64,000 bases of DNA from Octopus vulgaris. Its lineage: Eukaryota. Below the pieces are notes generated by a model. That model saw only the letters and a list, made by a program, of their open reading frames with translations, did no database searches and had not been told where the DNA came from. Below, piece after piece: positions 1-10,998 of the stretch. Within the stretch, counting starts at the first letter, position 1. The number at the start of each line of letters is the position of its first letter. Both the position numbers and the translations under genes were made by a program. The stretch lies in the NCBI GenBank assembly GCA_951406725.2, contig OX597827.1, positions 55,738,001 to 55,802,000 of the forward strand, written 5' to 3'.

Positions 1-70
1 TCAACAGAATCTGAGAACAATATTTGGTAGAGCTTCAGTATGATACTCAGCAAATTAATAATATAATTAT

Positions 71-527
71 TTAACGTGGATGTTCTATTACAACAAACTA
101 TTCTATGGTAGATACTATGATAGAAACTCTCATATAGGCTTTTAGTGCAAAATGCACTCTTGTTTATATATCACTAGTGGGGAGATAAATCCCTACGAAC
201 TCCAGCACCGAGACTACCAGATCACGTAATTTCAACCTTCATTGGTCTTATCAACGATGGACACTCAACCTCTAGAGATAGTATCAACTCATCTCTCCAA
301 CAGTGATAAATATGAAAAAAAAATGCTAGAACAGGTACTGGTATCGCGATTAGCCAGTGAGCTTGTTAAAAAATATATATTAGCAACGGAGGCAGTATTA
401 CTATCAGGAGGTAATATTTATTTCCATGTTGGTTTTTTTTGTGCAAAATGCAAAAAAGCCAATGTGAGCGTTTCTCTCATGGTATCTACAATAGTATAGT
501 AAGTTCTAACACAACATCCATGTTTAA
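71..527. mobile_element. Old non-autonomous element with ~70-bp imperfect terminal inverted repeats (MITE-like)
   Basis: AACGTGGATGTTCTATTACAAC...CTCTCATATAGGCTTTT (73-143) is about 80% reverse-complementary, by eye, to AAAAGCCAATGTGAG...CAACATCCATGTT (454-524). TTAA lies at both outer edges. Confidence 0.6.
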
Positions 528-663
528 GTAGGAATAAATATTACCTCTACTGAACCAGAGTTACACTCAATCAACTGAACTTCACACACACACAAACACA
601 CTAAGAAAACTTGTGCTAAGGATAATAATACTGAAATTATATTGAAAATTTCTGTATGCTTAC

Positions 664-798
664 TTCATCTAGTTGTTCCTCCTCAGATTCTTCTTGGACT
701 TGAGGTATCTCTCCAGTGAATGGATTAGGGGGTGGTGGTGCTCTACGCCGACGTTTCTGTTTCACAATGGAGGGATCAATATTGTTCTGCTCAGCAGC
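664..798 (-). CDS. EXOC6: Sec15/EXOC6 135-bp internal exon (variable linker); gene continues beyond the window's left edge
   Basis: TCATTTCAG|GCT...GAA|GTAAGC, phase 0/0. Encodes AAEQNNIDPSIVKQKRRRRAPPPPNPFTGEIPQVQEESEEEQLDE. Position and acidic end correspond to the low-conservation linker exon of vertebrate EXOC6/6B. Confidence 0.85.
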
Positions 799-1659
799 CT
801 GAAATGACAAATAATATATGTATAAGTATGTACAAATATGTGTGTGTGTGTGTGTATATATATATACACACATATCGTTATCATTATTCTCAAGAGAGGG
901 CATCAAAGTCATCACTGAACCTGCTAGAAACAGCAGTCAAACATTCCTCAAATCACACCCTATAGTCATAAACAAGACAGGGCAAACTGGATAATTGATT
1001 TCCTTGAAATACTATATCTGGAGATGAAAAGTGGATAGGTCATGGCTGGAGTGCTTCTGATCACAGATCTTTTTGGTTAGAGCTGAACTGAGGTTATCAT
1101 CAGTTAAAATATACTTGGGGCATATTTGAACCCAAGAGAAAGCCATTCACTGTGTTTTGTCACGGAGAAACTTTCTCACTGTAGACAAATGGTGTAAATA
1201 CACCAAAATCAGTTCACAGCACCATACACACGCACAGAGTTTGTTATAGTCATGCATACAAAACATAAGAGCTCAGATAGTATTTACATACATACACCAC
1301 AAACAGGGAAATTAATTTTTAATTTCCTGAAATCTCACCCCTTTGGTTTTTAAGAGTTGTCAACAACTGCAGCTTGGTTTTTGCTTACTTTCTCCAAGCT
1401 TTGAGGCAAATTTTAATTCATTAAGAATTTTTTTGAGATACAGTATACAGCCATATGAGGTACATCATTCAGTTTATATCTGAATTGTGTAGCATACTAG
1501 GATTTAGAGATCATTGCATACCCTGGCCAATAAATGCCCCAAAATAAAAAAAAAAATTAAATCTCAGGGTTATATAGAGTAAGAGAAGAATTTGAATTAT
1601 TAGGTACTTTTAGAGAGAAAACCTGTGTGAGACACAAATGGAATAAACTACTGAAAGTG

Positions 1660-1706
<47 letters not shown>

Positions 1707-2032
1707 GGGTGGCTTATTAACAATTTACCAACCAAAAGGCAAAATTATAGATGTCACTAAAGTGACACAGGGAACTAAGTAGTACCAGCACTGCTAGAAA
1801 TAAGAGTCAAAACAACTCAATAGACACAGATAGCACCATCTTAGTGACTGACAAAGGAGACAAGCTTCCTACAGTGGATATAGCCAGATCACCGGTGATT
1901 TTGAATTTTGATGCTAGAGCATCTGAATACTCATCGGTGGCTCTTACTGCACCTAGGGTTAAACTCAACTCATACACACACACACACACACACACACATA
2001 CACACAAAATATTGAAAAGTTGTATGACATAC

Positions 2033-2237
2033 ATGTCTCATGGCCACCTCCCCAATCCGAGCTGAATGTTTGCGGATGTTTTCCAAGAAGTCTTTCAAGT
2101 CAGACATTGAAGCATCTTTAATGCTCTCCCGTAGCTTTGGAATGGCATCGGCCATTGTTTGAGAGAACCAGTGTGTATTGACCCTTGGAAGGAATGTGTG
2201 TTCAAGTTGTTCCAGAGTTTTAAGGGCAGGGTAATAT
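2033..2237 (-). CDS. EXOC6: Sec15/EXOC6 205-bp internal exon
   Basis: CTTTTCAG|A...CAT|GTATGT. Encodes YYPALKTLEQLEHTFLPRVNTHWFSQTMADAIPKLRESIKDASMSDLKDFLENIRKHSARIGEVAMRH, containing the Sec15 hallmarks ALKTLEQLE and SMSDLKDFLE.IRKHS. Confidence 0.97.
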
Positions 2238-2908
2238 CTGAAAAGACAGAAACGATTCATGTTAGGGATGGAAATATGAGGGAACAGTTTTTTTATTAGG
2301 TTCATATTGTTTTTATTATTTTACTACTTTAAATCATTGAGCTGTGGTCAGGCTATGGCACAGCTTTCAAGGCTTTTGATCCTGGGTATTACATGTCTTC
2401 ACTCTATACAACATAAAAATATACTACAAGAAAAAAAAATGCCAGATTGCCTCTAACTAGATTATATCATGCTTATACATGAACTTTTGCATCTATTGAT
2501 TATTTTTTTTTTTATAATTATCAGTTTGTAACCACCAGAGTATAAGTTTATCAAGATGATCTCAGATCGGAGATCTGTTCAAATGATTGTTGAAGTGTGG
2601 ACTCTGTCAAGTATTTCCAGGAGCCATGTGGTGCTGTTAAAAATACATAATGTATTGAGTCTACTACCCAGAAAGAATTACAGTCTGTCCAACAGGTTTC
2701 TGCATAGTGTAAGTGTTTGTCAGTCTATTTGATTTCAGTGAAGAGGTTTGGATTAAACAGAGGCTTCAAAAGAAAACTCATTTGTAAGATGACACATAAT
2801 GAAATCAAATCTGAGACCATGACCAAAGCAAACTTCTTAAACCACGCAGCACCTGTGCCAGCATTATTTTAACAGCAATGACATTCACAATACAAGCTGA
2901 GTATTTAC

Positions 2909-2954
2909 CTCTTGCTTTTCATCTGTTCCTTAAGTTTACCATACATCTCTAGCA
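2909..2954 (-). CDS. EXOC6: Sec15/EXOC6 46-bp internal exon
   Basis: TTTTCAG|TG...AAGAG|GTAAAT. Encodes (V)LEMYGKLKEQMKSK(R). Phases 1 in and 2 out join both neighbouring exons. Confidence 0.93.
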
Positions 2955-3049
2955 CTGAAAATAGAAAACGGTAAAGAATTATTGCATGGTAGTAACAACA
3001 CCAGCAGAAGCAGGAGAAGAAGAAGAAGAGGTGGTGGCAGTTTGTTTTA

Positions 3050-5300
3050 TTGACCACAAGGGCCTAAGACATTAAGGACAATACAAGAATGAAATACAGA
3101 CACACTAATTAGCATTTAGATGGAATTAAAAAAAAGTAAAAAAAAAGCAACAGAATATAACAAAACTTCTAATGTGGAAGAGGAGAGGACAACTAGGGTA
3201 CTTTAGGGCAAAAAGCTCACATACAGAGGTCAAGAATACTCTGCTACATGCAAGGCATCAAAAGTGATCTCCCCAATTTATTTTCTCCAACTTAGAAAAG
3301 CACATTCAGGGTAGGCTCATTCAGCCTTATCCCCTTTTCTTTAAGCATATTAGACGGTAACACTTTCTTCTCTATATCCACTTTTTCAAGTGATATTGAA
3401 GAAGTTGATGAGAGCTTGGCCAGAGAGGAAAATGCTTGTCTTCAAATTGTTCATATGAATCTACCACAGCACCTCTTTTACCATAATCAGCAGGCAGTGG
3501 AAACCATCTGCCCTTTCCTATCAAGGGAAGGTGGCTTGGCTGATAGCTAGATTAGTCCTACCTGTGACAGAAGCTGTCCATAAGTCAGCAATGCAAAGAC
3601 ACTGACTGGTTGCATGCAGGACGACTTCTTCAATTTGAGCACATCTCAGACATTGGCACCTCTGTTGTCCCCAGCTGGAACTGGAACAGTGGACTATTGC
3701 AAGTTGTCCATAGTTCCTGACTCAGAAGCCTTCTAAAAGAGATTGCTCAGACTGTTCTCATTGCTGTCTAGAGTTGTTCCTGGTCATTGTTACTCGTACT
3801 CTTCCTTAACCATTTATGAAATGCAAGAGTTGTTTTCCAGCCAAAAGTATTATTCAGCTGGTAGGGTACCATTGGGTTACTGACAACATGTAGATGCCAC
3901 TCAACCTCGATCTATGCCTGACTCATGACTGTAGTTTGGTTGTAGAGATGAGCTGCCAAAAGATCTATCATACAAAAGATGCCTATACCAATTCAGTCTC
4001 ATTTTCATTGTTAATGTCACAGTGTCTAAGATACTCCTGTAAGTGTATCAGGCTCATAGTGTGCTTAACTAACAGAATTTGTCCCTTCCATAAAAAGTAG
4101 AAAAGCATGCACTCCATAGTTCTTGGGGTAAGGATGACAGCTAAGCTACAGTTCACTGATGTGAAGTAAGCATTAAAAATTTCTGCTTAACCATTTACAG
4201 GCAGTTTATTCTAAACACACTTCTGAGTGAGACTAACCACCCAGTTTGCAACCTCTTCCCAGTCCTTACCAGACCCTCAGTCAAGCAACAGAAATTGCTG
4301 CTAACCAGTAAAGATTCACCTCTCCAGATGCTGAGTTGCAAGCTCACTGATTCAATATTGTTGATGTGAGCTTCTTTTATATGCTGCGGTACTCTTTCAA
4401 TATAGTGTCAATCACTTCTATATCCAAGGTGTCCAACACTATGTTGCCCACTATAGTTTTTCTGTGGCCTGGTTCAACCAGGATGTAACTCAAGGTTTAC
4501 AACTTTTGCAGAAGGGGCTCCAAGAACCAAACCATATAGTAGAAAAGTGCAAGTGTATAGCTATAAAACAAAACAGTTCCAGAGATGGGTATTTATTTTG
4601 ACCACTGAATAGCTGTTACTATACATTGTAGTGATCAAACCTCTGAAGACAGGACTGAAATAAACTGTTCTTAGGTCAGTTGCCAGTGCCCTGCCAAAAT
4701 AAGATCTTTTCTTAACCAACTCCATTGTATGAGGAGGAAGCTATCATGGATAGATTTGCCAGTGATAGAACAGACTTGTGCACCTCCAACTACACTAAAA
4801 TGACAAGTGCTAGCTTCTTGGTGAGCACTTTTGCCAAAACATTTAGATCTGAACTGAGCAGTTATGGGTCAGAAGTTTTCTATTATGTCCTCTTTGTTAG
4901 GGTCTTTCCTTAATAGTGTCACCACTCCCAGCTCATATGATTGGAAATGCTCATAGTCTGCTGCAAGCTGCAACAGATAGCAGCTAAGACAAGATCAAAT
5001 AAGTCTGGTTGTGGAAATAGGAGAAAAGATATAATATTTGCACCTTGCCACCAGTATAGCAGCAGCTTAGCACTCTGTCACTTTATCTGCTGAAATAATT
5101 GACTTTTCACAGCACTCTGTCTCTCTACACAAGAGTCATAGTAAGCCATTGAAGTAGGTATTGAATTCTATCATTTCCAGTTCATCTCTCATTAAGAACA
5201 GTTTAGCAAAGTGCTGCTGGAAAACAGCACGTGTCTGCTGCAAATCAGATAGCTGATACCCACTCTGGTTTGTCAAAGATCAAATTGTGGCTTTGGTGCC
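3050..5300 (-). mobile_element. Decayed L1/Tx1-clade LINE ORF2 remnant
   Basis: Minus-strand fragments: ENF*PIT-LLSSDLNVLAKVLTKKL (~4800-4880, RT domain 1), CCHC knuckle CLRCAQIEEVVLHATSQC (~3600-3655), and C-terminal MVKEVLW...LINFF. Many stops and frameshifts; ends approximate. Confidence 0.7.
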
Positions 5301-5561
5301 ATGCTGAGCTTGGGACCAACAAATGCCTTTCATGCTATTATGTTTCAACACATGCATTCTATAACAATATTGTACAGCAGAATGCTATGGTTTCTCAAAG
5401 CACTACAAACAATGCTAAAGAAGCGACAAAATCATTAAATGCATGGCATTAAATCATAATTAATAACTTAGAATATAGATATTATAAATATAGTTGTTTG
5501 TATTGTTGTTGTTGTTGTTGTACATATTTAAATTCCAACGTATTTTTGTGAATGACCTTTC

Positions 5562-5713
5562 AATCTCGGATAGGCATTGGATGGTATTCACCTTATTATA
5601 TACAGCATATTTTGGTGGTAGTTGAAGTATCGATCTTTCATCTGGGACTTCAACTACCACCAAAATATGTTGTATATAATAAGGTGAATACCATCCAATG
5701 CCTATCCGAGATT
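5562..5713. repeat. Near-perfect inverted repeat (67-bp arms, 18-nt loop)
   Basis: 5562-5628 is the reverse complement of 5647-5713 with a single mismatch. Confidence 0.95.
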
Positions 5714-5894
5714 ATAAATATAATTTTTGAAAAATTCAAGAAGATAATTATTTGAGAGAGTCAAAGATTAAGACACATGGGTTGTGGGCAGAATCAGAGG
5801 AAAAAATACCTAAAGATTGACAATCACTGGTAAGTTTATATGTTGGATACCAGTGTTTATCATTCTTGTTGATTCACCCTCTACTACAGATGAA

Positions 5895-6200
5895 CATGTG
5901 GCTTAATGGTTACGGTATTCAGGTTACAATTTTAAGGTCATGAGTTCAATTCCTGGTAGCAGAGCAAGACACTTTATTTCATGTTGCTCCAGTCCACTCA
6001 GCTGGCAAAAATGAGTAGTACCTGTAATTCAAAGGACCAGTCCTGTTACATTCTCTGTCAAGCTGAATCTTCCTGAGAACTACGTTAAGGGTATGCATGT
6101 CTATGGAATGCTCAGTCACTTGCACATTAATTTCACAAGCAGGCTGTTCCGTTGATCGGATCAACCGGAACCTTCATTGTCATAACTGATGGAGTGCCAG
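5895..6200 (+). mobile_element. tRNA-derived SINE (family D)
   Basis: A-box-like TGGCTTAATGG, B-box-like GAGTTCAATTCC, core GTTGCTCCAGTCCACTCAGCTGGCAAAAATGAGTA. Related heads or cores at ~54690-54920(-), 55085-55330(-), 48155(+), 30460(+). Confidence 0.75.
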
Positions 6201-7029
6201 CTTTTGTTAGTTGTTAAGAACAAACAGTAGCAAGACAGGATTACAGACAGAGAACATCTCTAAAAGTAGATCTGACTTAACAGCCTTGGGTTGGCTCAAA
6301 TCCAGTGGATAGGCTTTACCGCTTCCTAGGTGGTATACTTAATACATCAGCTAGTTTACTACCACCATCTGGCCTTGGGAGCTAATCTGTTGCAAGCATC
6401 AAGACAAATCATTGGACTGAGGACAACCCGCAACATCATAATACATTGTAGTAGCGTCTTCATCCTACTCTCACTAACCTCAGAAACATTGTGAAAGGTC
6501 ATGGGTACTACCCTTCATTCTCTGACTAAGCAACGAACAAAAAAAAGAACTCATTAATATTACCATGATACAGTCAACTATATACAACATTTTTTTAATA
6601 TTTTAAAGTCAATTTTCTATTTCCTCTATCTTATTTTATTCTTTTTTTCTCCCCTCTCCCTTTCATTGTTGCTAATGGCTGTTCATTTCTTTCTTGATTA
6701 TAGCTTTCTTTAGGAGACTAACGCATTCTGGCATGCCTTAACTTCCAATAACATTAGAAGCCATTATCCTAATTTATGTTCCTTATTTCATTTCTTCTTT
6801 TCTTTTTTTGCCTTCTTTGAAGTTGCTTCAGAATAAATCAGAAAGACTTCTAAGAATCAGAATAATTTTTATTCAGTATTCAATCCTGTCATTACTATAC
6901 TATGTGGTTTCATTTAAATAACATTCTTCTTGTTTTTCTGAGATTTAAAATTTTTGTTGAACGAATTTTTCCCTTTCTTAATTTACTTTTTGAACTGAGT
7001 AACATCCTCAGTGACAAATTTCATATATA

Positions 7030-7431
7030 CTCTCTTTTACTTGTTTCAGTCATTTGACTGTGGCCATGCTGGAGCACTGCCTTTAGTCGAGCAAAACGAT
7101 CCCAGGACTTATACTTTGTAAGCCTAGTACTTATTCTATCAGTCTCCTTTGCCGAACTCCTAAGTTACGGGAACGTAAACACACCACCATCGGTTGTCAA
7201 GCGATGTTGGGGGGACAAACACAGACACACAAACACACATACACATATATATACATATGCATATATACAAAGGGGTTGTTTCAGTTTCCGCCTACCAAAT
7301 CCACTCACAAGGCTTTGGTTGGCCCGAGGCTATAGTAGAAGACACTTGCCCAAGGTGCCATGCAGTGGGACTGAACCCGGAACCATGTGGTTGGTAAGCA
7401 AGCTACTTACCACACAGCCATTCCTGCACCT
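7030..7431 (-). mobile_element. tRNA-derived SINE family A (about 20 copies in the window)
   Basis: Head GCAGGAATGGCTGTGTGGTAAG...GGTTCAGTCCC, internal TA/TG microsatellite, tail GACTGAAACAAGTAAAAGAG. Other copies near 7986, 18270, 22480, 23915, 24630, 25265, 26320, 30940, 33990, 37600, 50977, 54010, 57325, 61640. Confidence 0.9.
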
Positions 7432-7731
7432 AAATAATGTTATGAATTAGAGAATATATGTATATAACTACTACTAGATCACCATCATCATCATCAGTAT
7501 CATATTATGCCAGCCATCCATGCTAGCATGGGTTGGGCAGTTTGACAGGCATTAGTAAGCTGGAAAGTAGCACCAAGTTCTACTGTCAGCTTTGGCATGG
7601 TTTTTATGGCTGGTTGCTTTTCCTTACACCAATATAAATACATGTGTGGGTGTATATATCTATATATACTTTTATTTCGCTTTTGTATCTGGTTTGCAAA
7701 ATTCTTTATGTGGATTTGTGTGTTGAAGCAA

Positions 7732-7972
7732 ATTATGTTGTCTAGGGAGAATCATATTGTCTTAATGCCTTAAAACACTCACTGGTTCGATTTCCACTCA
7801 TTTATTATTTATATTTTTTTTCTTCCAAAATTTTCGTTGCTTTTAGCAACCTCATCAATGGATGTTGAAAATTTTGGAAGAAAAAATATATAAATAAGTA
7901 AGTGGAAATTGAACCGGTGTGTTAGATAATAAGGCATTAAGACAATAATACTCTCCCCAGACACAACATAAT
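7732..7972. repeat. Imperfect inverted repeat (~105-bp arms, 31-nt spacer) of a dispersed, probably Penelope-related repeat
   Basis: 7732-7835 is reverse-complementary to 7867-7972. A single-arm homolog occurs at ~20450-20580. Confidence 0.85.
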
Positions 7973-8783
7973 GTACTTTTATAATTTTACTTGTTTTAGT
8001 GATTTGACAGCAGCCATGCTGGAGCACCACCTTGAAGGGTTTTAGTTGAATGAATCAACCCCAGGACTTTTTTAAAGCCTATTACTTATTCTATCGATTT
8101 CTTTTGCTAAACCGCTAAGTTATAGGAGACATAAACACAGCAACACCAGTTGTCAAACAGTGATGGGGGGGGGGGCACAGACATGACACACATATATATA
8201 TATACACAACAGGCTTCTTTTAGTTTCCATCTATCAAATCTACTAACAAAGCCTTTGTTGGCCCAAGGCTATAGAAGACACTTGTTCAAGGTACCATGCA
8301 GTGGGACTGAACCTAGAACCATGTGATTGGGAAGCAAGCTTCTTACCACACAGCCACGCCTAGCATTATAAACATATAACAAACAGTGAAAAATGAAAGT
8401 ATGATGATGAGGAGGATGTGCATATATGTGTGTGTGTGTTTTGTGGATTGTGTGTATTCACATCAAGGTGGTGAGCTGGCAAAATAGTTAGCATGTTGGA
8501 GGCATGTTGCCTTTCCTCCTTTCGTGGTCCATAAAATAATTTACCAGTTGAGTATTGGAGCCATAGTAATTGACTTCACTCTCCCCTCAAAATTGATGGC
8601 TTTGTTCCAAAACTAGGAAGGATTTATAACATGGGATAGCACTGGATTTCTTCCAATTCAACCCCACCCTATCATTCTACCTGTCTCCCTCCCATCATGA
8701 TGCTTATGAAACAAGGGATCTTTCTCTCCCACCATCACACTTTTGTTAGCCATTATACTTCTCCTCCACCAGGTTACTTATGA

Positions 8784-9014
8784 AGGCGGCGAGCTGGCAG
8801 AAACGTTAGCACGCCGGATGAAATGCTTAGCGGTATTTCGCCTGTCGTTACGTTGTGAGTTCAAATTCCGCTGAGGTTGACTTTGCCTTTCATCCTTTCG
8901 GGGTCGATAAATTAAGTACCAGTTCTGCACTGGGGTCGATGTAATCGACTTAATACCTATGTCTGTCCTTGTTTGTCTCCTCTATGTTTAGCCCCTTGTG
9001 GGTAATAAAGAAAT
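8784..9014 (+). mobile_element. tRNA-derived SINE family B, full length with 13-bp target-site duplication
   Basis: GGCGGCGAGCTGGCAGAA head, GAGTTCAAATTCC B box, core GCCTTTCATCCTTTCGGGGTCGATAAATTAAGTACC. TSD AGGTTACTTATGA at 8771-8783 and 9015-9027. Other copies near 15841, 19505, 23545, 33325, 40040, 42240, 56636, 58530. Confidence 0.92.
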
Positions 9015-9479
9015 AGGTTACTTATGATTGACATCCAGCATTCTTCTCTTACTGCAGGTCATCTCTATGATTTCCCATAAATCCCTCACATTTTACCACC
9101 AATCAAGTACAGTTCTATATTTATACAGCTGTCATCTTCCATATACATCACATGCATGTATCAGCAGTCTCTTCTTTTGTACACTGCATTCGATCCCCCT
9201 TGTATACAGTTTCTCACTCAACTCATTTGTACTCTGTCTTTCATGGATACGAACATTATACATCCTGATGCCTTGCTAACACCAACTAATTCACAGAGTG
9301 TACCGCATTGGATTTTATGGCAACATTAGCAGTAGAAAGGTTGTAGTGTTCATGACAAGACTAGAAGGTCCTTGCAACCTGACATTGTCCATTCATTAAC
9401 CACTTTACAGAATGTAATGAGTACACTGTATTGTATCACCAATACTCATGAGCTTACCTTGAGCTCTGCCAAATAAAAG

Positions 9480-9795
9480 GGACTCACAACTCTATGTTGT
9501 TTCAGTTAGTTCCGAACATCGTCTATCATCTATCACTATGTGATGAATACAATCAATGTTTTCTTAGTGGTGGTGGTGGTTGCAGGACGTCCAAACTTTG
9601 GGTTATCTTGAAGGCTTTCCCTTCTCCTAAATTCAGCTGTTCACTTTTGCACAGTTGATAAAGCTGGAGCATCATCCCCTAATGTAGCAACCATGTCAGC
9701 ATGAATGTCCTTGGAGGCCAAACCATTTTTCTACAGATACTTGATAACACCTTGTGCCAAATTTTGTCTATTTTCAAGAGAAGTCGCTACTAGTA
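9480..9795 (-). mobile_element. Mariner transposase N-terminal remnant
   Basis: Minus strand reads VIKYL*KNGLASKDIHADMVATLGDDAPALSTVQK*TAEFRR...SLQDNPKFGRPAT: helix-turn-helix plus GRP motif, with stops and a frameshift. Confidence 0.75.
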
Positions 9796-10097
9796 ACTTT
9801 GGAAGCCTACTGTGGTGAGATGTTGATCAAGGATAGTTGTTTGAATATTGAAAATGAAGAGCATTAAAAAGGAAACATCAAAACCTAAGCTGTAGCAAAA
9901 AGTCAAGTTAGGAAAATCCAATTAAGTATGTCTTAGTAATACGGTGAATCAAAATACATCAGCTCTGTTTAGAAAATCATTTATTTAAAAGACATTCTAA
10001 CAGTACTTGGTGTAATTATTTGTTAGAAGCAAGTCAATGATGCTGATTGAAGCATAAAGAAAATGAAGAACTGAGAAGAAAAATCAAGAGAAAATAA

Positions 10098-10286
10098 TTG
10101 ATGCCAGTTGCCATCGAGACATCAGGTGTTCTAGGACCTCTTACAAATGATTTCCTCTGCAAAATCAAGATAACAGCAGCCTGTCAGAGAAATGAACCCT
10201 GTAAGGTGGAATGGCTGCTGCAACGAGTGTCGGTAACCATTTTCCATGGCAATGCCACTGCAGTCATTAGCACAAGGCATGGCTGA
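10098..10286 (+). mobile_element. 3' fragment of a CRE-like (REL endonuclease) non-LTR retrotransposon
   Basis: PVAIETSGVLG...EWLLQRVSVTIFHGNATAV matches the P.A.ET.G..G...LQR.S..IQRGNA C-terminal pattern of REL-endonuclease elements. Confidence 0.7.
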
Positions 10287-10489
10287 GCACACCATGTTCT
10301 GGGATATGTAGCCCATCACCCACTCCATATTTTGCTGTTTTACCATCCCTTTTTTTCTTTTCTTTCTTTTAATTTCTTATTTCTCTTTTACTTTTTCTTT
10401 GTATTTAAATGCCATAAGTAAAATGCAAATCATGCACAAGGAAAATAAAGAAAAATTGTACTCCACACCACACTCAATATTTCACTTAC

Positions 10490-10628
10490 CAGGCAAACAT
10501 AGGGATAAGCTCTCGATTGCAGAGGCAATGTTCTTCTGTATTTTTCGGCAATGGATAAGTTCTTCTCCCCTTTCCAGTAGTGGGGCACAGGACTTTTGTA
10601 GGGCATCATTGGTAGTTTTGATTTCATC
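10490..10628 (-). CDS. EXOC6: Sec15/EXOC6 internal exon (correct frame is not in the ORF track)
   Basis: 139 bp, TTCCAATCCAG|GAT...CCTG|GTAAGT. Encodes DEIKTTNDALQKSCAPLLERGEELIHCRKIQKNIASAIESLSLCLP(V), similar to EXOC6B EELKQCRLQQRNISATVDKLMLCLPV. Phase 0 in, phase 1 out. Confidence 0.94.
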
Positions 10629-10965
10629 CTGGATTGGAAGAAAGAAAATAAAAGTTTGTTGTTATTAGGAATGGCAATGTTCACATTAAAAGTGCGAGAT
10701 ATTTCTGTGTTTAAAACCTACTTTCACAAATCAATGGGTGAACATGAAAAGACATCTCCTATTAGAATCTCATCCAAATGTAAAGTTTGTATTATTTGAT
10801 TGTCTGTCTGGTGAATTTCTAATAGATGTCCTACACATGTTTATTTTACATGTATACCCTCTAACACTTATTGGGAAATGAAACATGTGTAATGGTGAAT
10901 AAATACCAAACATTTTTTCCAATCTCTTGTTTTGATACATACATATGTACATGTGCATGCATGCA

Positions 10966-10998
<33 letters not shown>

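Noticed and set aside
242-499. 85-aa ORF with a CxxC motif
   Set aside because: Non-ATG start, lies inside an inverted-repeat element, and has no splice signals or recognisable homology.
7194-7397. Recurrent small ORFs (VSVYQIHSQGFG.PEAIVEDTCPRCHAVGLNPEPCG) resembling a gene family
   Set aside because: Antisense translations of SINE family A. The LAEFLQLDALPNANH and AKCLAVFRL ORFs likewise come from families C and B.
8784-8875. tRNA genes suggested by A/B boxes
   Set aside because: These are SINE heads running into SINE cores, with a TSD and no complete cloverleaf.
10430-10684. ORF-track 84-aa minus-strand ORF over the exon
   Set aside because: Wrong frame. The Sec15 frame defined by the splice sites is DEIKTTNDALQK...
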